Assembly: GCA_040772485.1 (NCBI GenBank)
Contig: JAXGYC010000009.1
Location: 448,001-512,000, forward strand
DNA from: Sedimentisphaerales bacterium
GTDB taxonomy: Bacteria; Planctomycetota; Phycisphaerae; Sedimentisphaerales; Anaerobacaceae
Reading direction: 5' to 3'
Length of the DNA: 64,000 nucleotides
Shown here: in pieces, positions 20,424 to 30,150 of the stretch
How the letters are laid out: each line of letters starts with the position of its first letter
Numbering within the stretch: position 1 is the first letter of the stretch
Notes under the pieces: generated by a model
Databases searched by the model: none
Told to the model about the DNA's origin: nothing
Seen by the model: the letters and a program-made list of their open reading frames with translations, nothing else
Program-made: the position numbers and the translations under genes

Positions 20424-23400
20424 ATGGTGGCGACGCGCTATGCGAGAATTCCCGTTTTCCTGTTGCTTCTGCTGGGTCTGTTCGTGAACGGGGTCTGGGG
20501 GGCGAACATTCTGTTCGTCACCGCCGAGCCGGCTGATCCCGAGGATGCGCCGATTCTTGCCTTTTTGGAAGGGCTGGGGCACACCGTTACGATCATCGAC
20601 GACGGGGAGAACGAGCCGACGACGGAGGCTGCCGCGGCGGCGGCCGATCTGGTGTTCATCTCGGAGTCGGTCGGCTCCAGCGCCATCCGCAACGAGATCA
20701 CCGAAATCGCGACGCCCATGATTATCACCGAGGCATGGGCGTGGGACGAGATGGGCCTGACCGAAGGCGCCGGCGGCGGGCTCGAAGTGGCCACGACCGA
20801 TATTGAGATTATCAATCCCGACCACTTCCTGGCGGCGGGCCTGAGCGGGACGGTACCCGTGCTGACCGGGATCGGGGAGGTGTCCATCGCCCGCTTCTCG
20901 ACGGCGGTTGCCGGGGCGGGGGCGACGGTGATCGCGACCGCCACGCTCAGCGACGGCCAGACCTGCGACGTTCTTTACGTCTACGAGCAGGGGACCCCAT
21001 TGGCGGTTGCCCCGGCCGATGGCAGTGCCCAGGTCGCAGCGGGGATGCGCATCTGTCTGGGCTTTGACGAGATCTCCTACGCCATGTGGAATGAGAACGC
21101 CTACGAGCTACTGGCGGCGGCGGTCAATTACGGACTGGGGATCACCGAACTGGCGAGAAATCCCAGACCGTCCGACGGCGCCAAGAACGTTGGTCCTGCG
21201 GCGCTTCAATGGTCCGCCGGCCAGGGAGCCGCATCGCACAACGTGTATTTCGGCACGAACCCGACGCCCGGAGCGGCTGAGTTGGTCAGCGAGCGTCAGA
21301 TGGATACGACGTATGTATTGCCGGCAGACCTCGTGCCTCAGACAACGTACTATTGGCGCATCGACGAGATCGAGGCCGATGGCAGCACGATCCATCCCGG
21401 CACCGTGTGGAGCTTCACGGCCGCGAGGCTGATTGCCAACGGTTCGAATCCCGCCGACGGCGCGGTCTTCGTCGATCCGGATGTTGACCTCAGTTGGATC
21501 GCCGGCTACGGCGCCGCGACGCACGATGTGTATCTCGGCGCGAACCAGACGGCGGTGCAGGACGCGACCGTGACCTCGCCCGAGTTCCAGGGCAATGTCT
21601 CGGCGACGAGTTACGATCCCGGCACGCTCGCCAGGAGCGCCACGTACTACTGGCGCATCGATGAGGTGAGCGCCGACGGCGCCACGGTACAGAAGGGCAA
21701 CGTCTGGCGTTTCTCGACCGTGCCGGACATCTCCGTTCGCGATCCGAATCTCGTCGGCTGGTGGAAGCTTGAAGACGAGGGCATCGACATCGTGATGGAC
21801 TACTCCGGCCACGGCAATCACGGTACGCTTAACGGCAACTTGCAGTGGGTCTTCGGATACGACGGCGATGCGCTCGACTTCGACGGCGCCAGCTACGTCA
21901 CACTGCCGGCGGGACTGACCAACACGAACCGAGGGTCTGTCACTGCGTGGATCAAGACCACCCTCGACGTCCGAGGCATGATCTTCTATGCGGCCGAGGG
22001 CAACAGCGGTGACGGCTTCGGAGGCCAGAACGAGTTCCACGCGCATATCCGCGACGGTGGCGACTTCGAGTTCTTCATCGAGGGCGGCGACACCGACACC
22101 ACCGTCCGCGCCAGCTCCGTCAACGACGACGCCTGGCACCATGTGGCGGCCACCTGGGCCGCCGGCGGGGATGTCGTTGTCTATGTTGATGGAGAGGCCG
22201 TCACCACGAGGGCCCACACCGCCAACAGCTTCGAGGCGCTCGGCGCGACCCGCCTGGGGGCCCCGATCTCCGACCAGCGCTACTACGTTGGCCTTCTCGA
22301 CGATGCGAGACTGTACGACTATGCGCTTTCGGCCGAACAGGTCGTCGAGACGATGAAGGGCGATCCAATGCTTGCGTCGGACCCGAGTCCCGCCAACCGC
22401 TCGGTGACGGACGTCGAACGGGGAACGACGCTGACATGGTCGCCGGGAACCAACGCCGCCGAACACCATGTCCACTTCGGAACGGACCGGACCGCCGTGA
22501 CGCAGGCCACCAGCTCCGACGCTACAGGCATCTATCAAGGCGTCCGGCCTCTCGGCGACGAGCGATTCGATCTGGCGGAGACGCTCGAATTCGACCAGAC
22601 CTACTACTGGCGCATCGACGAGCGGAACGCCGACGCGACGCTCAGCAAAGGCGTGATCTGGAGCTTCACGGTCGCCGACTACCTGATCGTCGACGACTTC
22701 GAGTCCTACAGCAACAATTCGCCGCACCAGCCGTTCCAGACCTGGACGGACGGATTCGGCTACGAGCAGGACGAATTCCTGCCCGGCAAGGAGGGCAACG
22801 AGACCGGTTCGCAGGTCGGCCACGACGTCTGGAGTCTCGACAGCCCGTATTTCAACGGCGAGTTCATGGAAAAGGAAATCGTCCACTCGGGCCGCCAGTC
22901 GCTGCCATTCTACTATGATAACAGCGGCCCCGGCGGTGCGATGTTGTACTCGGAGATCGAACGGACCTGGAGTGTGCCGCAGGACTGGACGCGGAATGGC
23001 GTGACGGCCCTTTCGCTGTTCTTCCAGGGCAATCCGCAGGCGTTCATCGAGACCCCATCGGGTCACATCCTCATCAGCGCCGCGGGCACGGACATCTGGG
23101 GCACTGCCGACGAGTTCCGATTCGTGCACAAGCGTTTCACCGGCGATGGCGCCATCGTCGCCCGGGTGGAGAGTGTCGACAATACCGATCCGTGGGCGAA
23201 GGCGGGTGTGATGATCCGCGATACGCTCGCCGCCGGCTCCGAGTTTGGCGCGGTGTACATCACGCCAGGCAACGGCTGCCGTTTCCATATCCGCACCGCG
23301 ACCGAAGGCGCCGCCACGAGTGACACCTCGGTGGCCACGCCCGAGCAGCAGGCGATCACCGCGCCCTACTGGGTCAAGCTCGAACGCGTGGGCATGTCCT

Positions 23401-23873
23401 GCAGCGGCTACTACAGCGCCGATCCCGCTACCGCCGGCTGGACCGCCATGTCGTGGAACCCACAGACGTTGTCCATGCCGGGCAACATCTACATCGGCCT
23501 GGCGGTGACCAGTCACAGCGCCGGTGACATCTGCATCGCCGAGTTCTCGCAAATTGAGATCACCGGCGACGTCACGGGCGACTGGGAGGTCTCCGACATC
23601 GGCGTCAGCCACCCGAACAACGCATCGGGACAGCTCTACGTCGCCCTCGAAGACAGCGGCGGTCGCGTGGCAGTGGTGAACCACCCGGATGGGGCAGCTT
23701 CCGTGCAACTCAAGGATTGGACGGACTGGACGATCGATCTGTCGCAATTCACCAGTCAGGGTGTCCGCATCACGGATGTCGAGAAGATGATGATTGGCGT
23801 GGGCGACCGCGACAACCCGGTCGCCGGCGGATCAGGCCGGCTGCTCATCGACGACATTACACTGCAACGGTGA
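20424..23873 (+). CDS. Large secreted multidomain protein with LamG-like jellyroll and repeated Ig/Fn3-like modules
   Basis: Signal peptide; three (S/T)HxVYxG...TYYWRIDE...VWSF-like modules; LVGWWKLE...DYSGHGNHG...WHHVAAT...GLLDDARLYDYALS; GGAGG RBS. Confidence 0.85.
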   Translation: MVATRYARIPVFLLLLLGLFVNGVWGANILFVTAEPADPEDAPILAFLEGLGHTVTIIDDGENEPTTEAAAAAADLVFISESVGSSAIRNEITEIATPMIITEAWAWDEMGLTEGAGGGLEVATTDIEIINPDHFLAAGLSGTVPVLTGIGEVSIARFSTAVAGAGATVIATATLSDGQTCDVLYVYEQGTPLAVAPADGSAQVAAGMRICLGFDEISYAMWNENAYELLAAAVNYGLGITELARNPRPSDGAKNVGPAALQWSAGQGAASHNVYFGTNPTPGAAELVSERQMDTTYVLPADLVPQTTYYWRIDEIEADGSTIHPGTVWSFTAARLIANGSNPADGAVFVDPDVDLSWIAGYGAATHDVYLGANQTAVQDATVTSPEFQGNVSATSYDPGTLARSATYYWRIDEVSADGATVQKGNVWRFSTVPDISVRDPNLVGWWKLEDEGIDIVMDYSGHGNHGTLNGNLQWVFGYDGDALDFDGASYVTLPAGLTNTNRGSVTAWIKTTLDVRGMIFYAAEGNSGDGFGGQNEFHAHIRDGGDFEFFIEGGDTDTTVRASSVNDDAWHHVAATWAAGGDVVVYVDGEAVTTRAHTANSFEALGATRLGAPISDQRYYVGLLDDARLYDYALSAEQVVETMKGDPMLASDPSPANRSVTDVERGTTLTWSPGTNAAEHHVHFGTDRTAVTQATSSDATGIYQGVRPLGDERFDLAETLEFDQTYYWRIDERNADATLSKGVIWSFTVADYLIVDDFESYSNNSPHQPFQTWTDGFGYEQDEFLPGKEGNETGSQVGHDVWSLDSPYFNGEFMEKEIVHSGRQSLPFYYDNSGPGGAMLYSEIERTWSVPQDWTRNGVTALSLFFQGNPQAFIETPSGHILISAAGTDIWGTADEFRFVHKRFTGDGAIVARVESVDNTDPWAKAGVMIRDTLAAGSEFGAVYITPGNGCRFHIRTATEGAATSDTSVATPEQQAITAPYWVKLERVGMSCSGYYSADPATAGWTAMSWNPQTLSMPGNIYIGLAVTSHSAGDICIAEFSQIEITGDVTGDWEVSDIGVSHPNNASGQLYVALEDSGGRVAVVNHPDGAASVQLKDWTDWTIDLSQFTSQGVRITDVEKMMIGVGDRDNPVAGGSGRLLIDDITLQR

Positions 23874-23884
23874 TTGACCCGTTT

Positions 23885-23912
23885 GTAGGGGCGAATGATT
23901 ATTCGCCCCTAC
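23885..23912. repeat. 28-bp GTAG-type REP between convergent genes; supplies TAG stop of the esterase gene
   Basis: gtaggggcgaatgattattcgcccctac. Confidence 0.85.
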
Positions 23913-24730
23913 GGGCGCAGATCGTCCGGGCTGACATTCTGTCGACGAAGCATCGCCAGGGCATAGCGAAGCCCGAGCCTTCTGGCGGCTTCCGTGTTGA
24001 AGTGCACCTGGTCGTCCTTGCAGGCCAGGCCCGCTGCGGAGACCCAGAAGACCCGCTCGTCCGCCTTCGCGGCGGCCCGGATCGGTTCGATCACGAATCG
24101 GCTCTCGGGTGTTCGGGCGATGAAGGCGTCGGCGGGAGTGCCGGCCACAAACAGCAGGTCTGGAGCGTTCAGGTCCTGGCGCAGCCGCCGGATCAACTCC
24201 GTCAATCGCTGCGCGTAGAGCGGCCCGTCCTCGGCGTTGCTGTCGCTTTCTCCCTGGTGCCAGAGCACGCCTTTGAATGTGCCCCGCTGCCCGGCGATGC
24301 GGCAACGTGCGATCGCGTCGTCGTAAGGGTGAACGCCTGTCGCAGGGTAGTAAGCCTCGGGCTTCCACACCGAGATCGGCGAGCCTCCCACCGCGCAGGG
24401 GACCAGGCCGATGACGACGTTCGGGTCCGCCTGGGCCATGGCCTTGCCAAAGGCCAGGCCCGGGCCGACTCCCACGATCGCCGGCTTGTCAAAGTGCAGC
24501 GGGTCCACGGCGGGCACCCAGCGGTTCTCGCGGTTCAGGGCGAAAACGCGCGGGTGTGCGGTCTTGTCCTGCTCGGCCGGAACGCCGCGACCGGCCATGT
24601 TCGACTGGCCGGCCAGCAGATACAGATGGAACGCGTCCTTTCGGACCTCGGGCAACGGGTTCTCCTGTGCCCAGGCTGCGGCGGCGAGAACGCCCAGTAG
24701 CAGGAGAGCAAAGAAGAGACGGCTCCTCAT
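23909..24730 (-). CDS. Sialate O-acetylesterase/CE6-like SGNH esterase
   Basis: LLAGQSNM, GVLWHQGESD, DQVHF; signal peptide. Confidence 0.88.
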   Translation of the reverse strand: MRSRLFFALLLLGVLAAAAWAQENPLPEVRKDAFHLYLLAGQSNMAGRGVPAEQDKTAHPRVFALNRENRWVPAVDPLHFDKPAIVGVGPGLAFGKAMAQADPNVVIGLVPCAVGGSPISVWKPEAYYPATGVHPYDDAIARCRIAGQRGTFKGVLWHQGESDSNAEDGPLYAQRLTELIRRLRQDLNAPDLLFVAGTPADAFIARTPESRFVIEPIRAAAKADERVFWVSAAGLACKDDQVHFNTEAARRLGLRYALAMLRRQNVSPDDLRP

Positions 24731-24767
24731 GGTTGTCTCCCTGTCGTGGAAGTGGCCATCCGAATTG

Positions 24768-26156
24768 TCAGGCGGAGGCCAGGGTTTCCACCGCAGCGAT
24801 GGTCTTCGGGATCGGCGGGCCCAACACGCGGCCGCCCGTATCCATCACCAGAACATCGTCTTCGATTCGGACCCCGCCGAAGTCGCGGTAGGTTTCCACC
24901 TTGGCGTAGTCGATGAAGGTGTCGCACTTTTGCTCGGCTTTCCAGCGGTCGATCAGCGTCGGAATGAAGTAGATGCCGGGCTCGACGGTCACGACGTGGC
25001 CCGGCTCGACGGCCTTGCCCAGCCGCAGCGAGCTCCAGCCAAACGCCGGGTTTCTTCGGATCGCCTCGGTGTAGCCGACGTAGTCCTCGCCCAGGCCCTC
25101 CATGTCGTGGACGTCGAGCCCCATCATGTGGCCCAGGCCGCACTGGAAGAACAGCGTATGGGCGCCCGCCTCGACGGCTTCCTCCGGATCGCCCTTCGTC
25201 AGGCCCAGTTCTTTCAGTCCGGCCACCAGCCTCACGCAGGCCAGACGATGGACGTCCCGGAATTCCACGCTGGGCCGGATCGCGGCGATGGCGCTCTCCT
25301 GCGCATCGAACACGATGGAGTAGATCTCGCGCTGCCTCTGCGTAAATCGCCCACCGACAGGGATCGTTCGCGTGATGTCACTGGCGTACCGCATGGGCGA
25401 CTCGGCGCCCGAATCGTTCACCACGATGTCCCCGGCCTTCATCACATTGTTGTGGAAGGGATTGTGCAGCGTCTCGCCGTGAATGCTGAAGATTGGTTCG
25501 AAGGCGAAGCGCACGCCCAGAGCCATCGCAATGCCTGCCATGGCGCCGGCGACCTCGCGTTCGATCACACCCGGTCTGGCCATCTTCATCGCGGCGGTAT
25601 GCATCTGATACGAGACGCTCAAGGCCATCTCGATCTGCTCGATTTCCTCGGACGATTTCACCGACCGCTGCGCGACCACGGCGCGAATCAACGTCTCGGA
25701 AGCCAACTCGCTGACGGCTTCCGGCGGGAAGCCGAGCAGCTCGCTGATCCACAGGAGATGGTCGGCACGGTAGGGCGGAAGGAAATGGATCGCACGACCC
25801 CGTTTGCTCGCCTTCTCCAGCACGAACGCCAAATCCTGGCTGGGGGCGGTCTGCGTCACGCCCACGCGTCGAGCCTTTTCGCGAAGCGAGGTCTGCGGAC
25901 CCGTCCAGATCACTTCATCGATGGTCACGTCGTCGCCGAAGAGGCATTCGGTCCCTTCGTCCACGTCGATTACCGCTGCGAGCCCCGGCTCATCGAGCCC
26001 GAAAAAGTACAGGAACGTGCTGTCCTGCCGGAAGGGATAGCAGTTGTCGGGGTAGTTCACAGGCGACGGATCGTTGCCGAGGAGCAGAATCACCCCCGAT
26101 GCCACCTGTTTCCGCAGGCGTCTTCTTCGCGCCGTGTATGTTTCCGTCGGGAACAT
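24768..26156 (-). CDS. Xaa-Pro aminopeptidase (aminopeptidase P family, M24B)
   Basis: FRQDSTFLYFFG, YASDITRT, GLGHMMGLDVHD, TVEPGIYF, GGVRIEDD; start trimmed to MFPTETY. Confidence 0.92.
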   Translation of the reverse strand: MFPTETYTARRRRLRKQVASGVILLLGNDPSPVNYPDNCYPFRQDSTFLYFFGLDEPGLAAVIDVDEGTECLFGDDVTIDEVIWTGPQTSLREKARRVGVTQTAPSQDLAFVLEKASKRGRAIHFLPPYRADHLLWISELLGFPPEAVSELASETLIRAVVAQRSVKSSEEIEQIEMALSVSYQMHTAAMKMARPGVIEREVAGAMAGIAMALGVRFAFEPIFSIHGETLHNPFHNNVMKAGDIVVNDSGAESPMRYASDITRTIPVGGRFTQRQREIYSIVFDAQESAIAAIRPSVEFRDVHRLACVRLVAGLKELGLTKGDPEEAVEAGAHTLFFQCGLGHMMGLDVHDMEGLGEDYVGYTEAIRRNPAFGWSSLRLGKAVEPGHVVTVEPGIYFIPTLIDRWKAEQKCDTFIDYAKVETYRDFGGVRIEDDVLVMDTGGRVLGPPIPKTIAAVETLASA

Positions 26157-26158
26157 GG

Positions 26159-27595
26159 TCAGCTCGGCCCCGTCGCCTTCTTCCTGGTGAGCAGACTCAC
26201 ACCGACCAGCGCCAGCACTGACAGCGTGATGGCCGGCAGCACGGCGTCGAGTTCGACAGCCCACGTCGGAAGGCGGCCCTTGTCGAGCCCCGACCAGACC
26301 AGCGTCGTTATCGTCCCGGCAAGGATCGACGCGATTGCTCCGTATCGAGTCGCTCCCTTCCAGAACAGAGCGGCCACCAGGCACGGAGTGATCGCCACCC
26401 CGTAAATCGTGTACGCGTACAAAGCCTTTTCGAAAATAGTGGTCGATTGGGCGAACGCCAACGACACCAGGTAGGCGATGATGCCGAAGACCAGCACCAT
26501 CAACCGGCTCAGAAAGACCACGCGCTTCTCCGAGGCTTTCGGATTGATATGATTCAGATAGATGTCGCGAATCGCTGTTGTTGCAGGGATCAACAGAAAC
26601 GAATCGGCCGTCGAAATGATGATGCCCACGATGGTGATCAGGAAGAACAGGCCCAGGATGGTGGGCATGAGGGTCTTGGCGGCGTAGATCAGGACGTACT
26701 TGCCGAAGGCCGCGTCCGGGATCAGGCTGGAGGCGACCCAGGCCTCCAGGATGATCAGACTCTCGACCAGCAGCACGGCGAAGACCATGAAGATCACGGC
26801 GCTCCGGGCTCCCTTGGCGCTCTTGCTGGCGAAGAACCGCTGGTATTGATTGGCGTCGCCCATGATCAGCAAAAAGACAGGCAGGATGAAGTTGACGATC
26901 TCGGCCTTGCTGAACACGCCCCAGAACCGCATGTGTTCGGGCTTGCCCATCGCGGCGAAGCTCGCCTCCATGCCCTCCCATCCGCCGGCTCGGCCCCAGA
27001 GGATCGGGAAGGCGACAATCAGCGACAGCGTGATGATGATCCCGGTGACGATATCGGTGTAAGCCAGGCTCATCAGACCGGCGAGAATGGTATAGGTGAT
27101 GATGAAGACCGCCGCGATGACGGTCGCCCAAGGCAGCGGCAGGAGCGACCGGCCGGAATCGTCGGTCAGGATCACGTGCAGCACCGCCCCGCCCGCATTG
27201 AACTGGTAGCTGACGATCACCATGTACGCAATGACGAGGGACAAGACCGCCAGGAGCCTCGCGACTGTTCCATATCGAGACCCGATGATCTCCGGCACGG
27301 AATAGGCCTCGTAGCTGCGCGCGCGGGGAGCCACCCAGGTCAGCAGGATCATGCCGATCACGCTGCCGGTGGGGATGATCAACGCCGCCAGACCACTCTC
27401 GTACGTCTTGCCCGCGTTGCCGACGATCGATCCGGTGCCGATCCAGGCCGCCAGCATGGTGCAGACGAGGACCCAGGGGGACAACGTCCGGCCGGCAACC
27501 GCGAAATCCGCCTGCGTCTTGACCTGGCGGGATTTGTAGATGCCGATGCCCGTCAGGGCGAACAGATAGACGAGAATTGCGATGAGATAGACCAT
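26159..27595 (-). CDS. Sodium:solute symporter family transporter (PutP-like)
   Basis: DFAVAGR, YTILAGLMSLAYTD, YQRFFA, ISTADS; many TM segments. Confidence 0.9.
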   Translation of the reverse strand: MVYLIAILVYLFALTGIGIYKSRQVKTQADFAVAGRTLSPWVLVCTMLAAWIGTGSIVGNAGKTYESGLAALIIPTGSVIGMILLTWVAPRARSYEAYSVPEIIGSRYGTVARLLAVLSLVIAYMVIVSYQFNAGGAVLHVILTDDSGRSLLPLPWATVIAAVFIITYTILAGLMSLAYTDIVTGIIITLSLIVAFPILWGRAGGWEGMEASFAAMGKPEHMRFWGVFSKAEIVNFILPVFLLIMGDANQYQRFFASKSAKGARSAVIFMVFAVLLVESLIILEAWVASSLIPDAAFGKYVLIYAAKTLMPTILGLFFLITIVGIIISTADSFLLIPATTAIRDIYLNHINPKASEKRVVFLSRLMVLVFGIIAYLVSLAFAQSTTIFEKALYAYTIYGVAITPCLVAALFWKGATRYGAIASILAGTITTLVWSGLDKGRLPTWAVELDAVLPAITLSVLALVGVSLLTRKKATGPS

Positions 27596-27635
27596 GGCAC
27601 CTGCTTCGTGTCTGGACGCCGGCTGCGCGTCGATG

Positions 27636-29315
27636 TCACTTGATGAACTGTTCGACAAAGTACCTGGGCGTCAGCGGCTCGTCCGTGGCTCGAACGATCA
27701 TCTCGTCCCAGCGGTAGCGGGCCCCCGGGCCGAGCACGTGCTCACGGAAGTACCTGCCGATGCGCTCGTCGCCAACATAGCTGAGCCTCTCGTCCGAATC
27801 AAGCCTCAATATCTGGTGGACGATGGCGTGGTGCCATTGCGAGGCCAGCAGTTCTCCGAGCACGTAGTTGTGGTAGTAGCACGGGGCGGTGGTGAAATGC
27901 AGCTTCGAGACCCAGCCGGGGTCGGGCTTCTCGGGCGGGCGCCGGAGGAACTGATACTTCTCGACGAGGTCCCACCAGAGCGTATTCAGGTCCCGGCCGG
28001 GATCGGCGTACAGGGCCTTCTCGAAATGGTACATGACCAGCGCCCAGCGCACGAAGAGAATCTGCTGGAATTGGAGGTAGCGGTCGCTGACGGTCTTGAT
28101 CCTGGCGGTTTCCTCGTCGGACAAGCCCAGCATCTGCTGCATCCAGGCGGCGTTCCGGCTGAGCCGGCCGAAGAACATCGCCACCGCCTCGGTGGTGAAG
28201 CTGTGCGCCGGCTCGCGGAGCAGCCAGGGCTCGCGCCGGTCGTGGTACTTGCTGTAAAGGGCATGACCCAGCTCGTGCAGGAGGGTCTCCATCCACCGCT
28301 CGGTGTCCTGGAGGTTGGCCAGTACCCGGGCGTCGCCCTCGCGATCCGCGTCGAAGCCGTATGCGTGCGGATACTTCCCCTCGCGGTCGTACAGGTCGCT
28401 GCGGGCCAGGATGTCATCGACGGGCAGGCCCACGCCGGCGTAGTAGCGTCGCGCCAGGTCTTCGACGCGGCGGCCTTTGTAGTACCGGTCCAGGTCCAGC
28501 TCGTAGACAAGCGGTGTCCGCTGAAAGAACGGATCGTGGTAGTGCCAGGGCATCAACTCCGACGGGGCGATGCCGTAGCTCCTGGCCAGGATCGCGTCCA
28601 GCTCCTTCTTTTGCCTGGCGAACGGCTCGCGGGTCAGTGCGTCCAGTTCATCAAAGATGCGGTCGAGCTGTGCGACGTTCTGCTCGCCCGTCACGATGGT
28701 CATGGTGTGGTAGTTGTCGAAACCGAGTGCCTTCGCCGCCTGGTTGCGGAGCTTCACCAGGCGCAGAAAGTCCTCGATAATGACGTTGCCGACCTGCTTG
28801 CTGGCGCGCCAGGCCGCCTCGCGTTTGGGCGTGTTCTTCTCCGTTGTCAGGAGCATGTAGATATCGCTCATGGTGACGTCTTGCCCGTCGATGCGCCCTC
28901 GGTAGCTGTTGTAAGTCTGCTGGATCTGCGTGTCGAGCTGCACGATCTGCGTGAGCAGTTCCGGCTCGATCTGGTTTTGGAGATAGGCGTAGTAGAGCCT
29001 CTCGATCTGGCGGGCCAGGCGTGGATCGGCGATGGCCCCTGCTTCTCTGAACGCCTTGATCCGTGCGAAGTCCTCCCGATTGCTGTAGAGCTGTCGGATT
29101 TCCAGTTGCAGGGCCTCATACTTGCCCCACGCCTCGTTCCGGCCGGTTGTGGTGGCCTCCCAGTACGTGAGATTGGCCTGCGTCCACAGTGGCGCGACCT
29201 GCGCCACATGCACCTCGATGAACTCGGCCGATTCGCTCTCCTGTGACGCAGCCTCGACATTGGCCAGAGCTGTGGCTGTGAGCAGCAAAACGCTCCCGAT
29301 GGATATCAATCTCAT
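27636..29315 (-). CDS. Secreted zinc metallopeptidase (M3/M2-like oligopeptidase)
   Basis: LLHELGHA, TEAVAM, KLHF..PCYYHNYVLG; signal peptide; GAGGAG RBS. Confidence 0.85.
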   Translation of the reverse strand: MRLISIGSVLLLTATALANVEAASQESESAEFIEVHVAQVAPLWTQANLTYWEATTTGRNEAWGKYEALQLEIRQLYSNREDFARIKAFREAGAIADPRLARQIERLYYAYLQNQIEPELLTQIVQLDTQIQQTYNSYRGRIDGQDVTMSDIYMLLTTEKNTPKREAAWRASKQVGNVIIEDFLRLVKLRNQAAKALGFDNYHTMTIVTGEQNVAQLDRIFDELDALTREPFARQKKELDAILARSYGIAPSELMPWHYHDPFFQRTPLVYELDLDRYYKGRRVEDLARRYYAGVGLPVDDILARSDLYDREGKYPHAYGFDADREGDARVLANLQDTERWMETLLHELGHALYSKYHDRREPWLLREPAHSFTTEAVAMFFGRLSRNAAWMQQMLGLSDEETARIKTVSDRYLQFQQILFVRWALVMYHFEKALYADPGRDLNTLWWDLVEKYQFLRRPPEKPDPGWVSKLHFTTAPCYYHNYVLGELLASQWHHAIVHQILRLDSDERLSYVGDERIGRYFREHVLGPGARYRWDEMIVRATDEPLTPRYFVEQFIK

Positions 29316-29434
29316 GTTGCATCTCCTCACGCGATTTCTCGAAGCGGCCAGTCTATCATGCCTGGCTGCAAGGCAGAGAAGAACGTCGCCGATCCGGCTG
29401 AGTTGCTCAGTGACTCGCTGACGTCACGTGAGAC

Positions 29435-29740
29435 TTATGCGACGCACCGTGATCGGACCTCTTTGTCGATTTTCGAGCCGATCTTCTGCTTGGCGACCTT
29501 CAGATCATAGCTGGTCTGGAGGTTCAGCCAGAATTCGGGCGTGGTGCCAAAGTAACGTGCCAGCCGGAGGGCTGTGTCAGGTGTGACGGCACGTCGTTCA
29601 CGCACGATCTCGTTGACGCGCGGGGCGGGCACCTTCAGCTCCATTGCGAGCGCGTGAGCGTTCATCTGCAGCGGTTTGAGGAACTCCTCACGCAGAATCT
29701 CACCAGGATGAACGGGCCGCATCTTGTTTGCTATGCTCAT
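29435..29740 (-). CDS. higA: HigA family antitoxin
   Basis: PVHPGEILREEFL...TPDTALRLARYFGTTPEFWLNLQ. Confidence 0.95.
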   Translation of the reverse strand: MSIANKMRPVHPGEILREEFLKPLQMNAHALAMELKVPAPRVNEIVRERRAVTPDTALRLARYFGTTPEFWLNLQTSYDLKVAKQKIGSKIDKEVRSRCVA

Positions 29741-29752
29741 CGTCTAATCTCC

Positions 29753-30031
29753 TCAGTGGTAATCCACAATCTCAACATCGAATGCGTCGCCACTTTCGAA
29801 GCGAAAGCACAGACGCCACTGGTCATTGATACGAATGCTCCACTGGCCTTTCCGGTTTCTCAGCAAGGCCTCCAGTCGGTTGCCCGGCGGAACGCGAAGA
29901 TCCTGGATTGCATGGGCGCTGTCCAGCATCTGCAGTTTTCGCTCGGCCACAGTGGCGATCGCCTGGAACCGGCGGGGGCGCCGGCCTTCAAACAACGCCT
30001 GTGTCTTCGTGCAACGGAAGCTCTTGATCAT
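29753..30031 (-). CDS. higB: HigB (RelE/ParE family) toxin
   Basis: MIKSFR...PPGNRLEAL...GQWSIRINDQWRLCF...VEIVDYH; toxin-first order. Confidence 0.95.
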   Translation of the reverse strand: MIKSFRCTKTQALFEGRRPRRFQAIATVAERKLQMLDSAHAIQDLRVPPGNRLEALLRNRKGQWSIRINDQWRLCFRFESGDAFDVEIVDYH

Positions 30032-30037
30032 GGAGGG

Positions 30038-30066
30038 AGTATATAACGCATCACGTTAAATGTCAA
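30038..30066 (-). promoter_or_regulatory. Sigma70 promoter of higBA with operator palindrome; probably leaderless
   Basis: TTGACA-17 nt-TATACT, then 6 nt to ATG; TAACG-N5-CGTTA at 30044-30058. Confidence 0.8.
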
Positions 30067-30150
30067 GCGGATACTTCGGGCGAAGGACGCCGGCCGTGCA
30101 GGGCCGATGGAAATTGCAGTTCAGAACGACTCTCTTGTGACGGGCCGCCT

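Noticed and set aside
26157..27131. N-terminal extension of the 787-aa aminopeptidase ORF (likewise 60074-62368, 6765-8549 and 8428-10227 extensions)
   Set aside because: Extensions overlap upstream genes in another frame; downstream starts fit RBS, coupling or homology better
29340..30150. higBA as an integron cassette or IS cargo
   Set aside because: No attC-like site, flanking direct repeats, integrase or transposase seen
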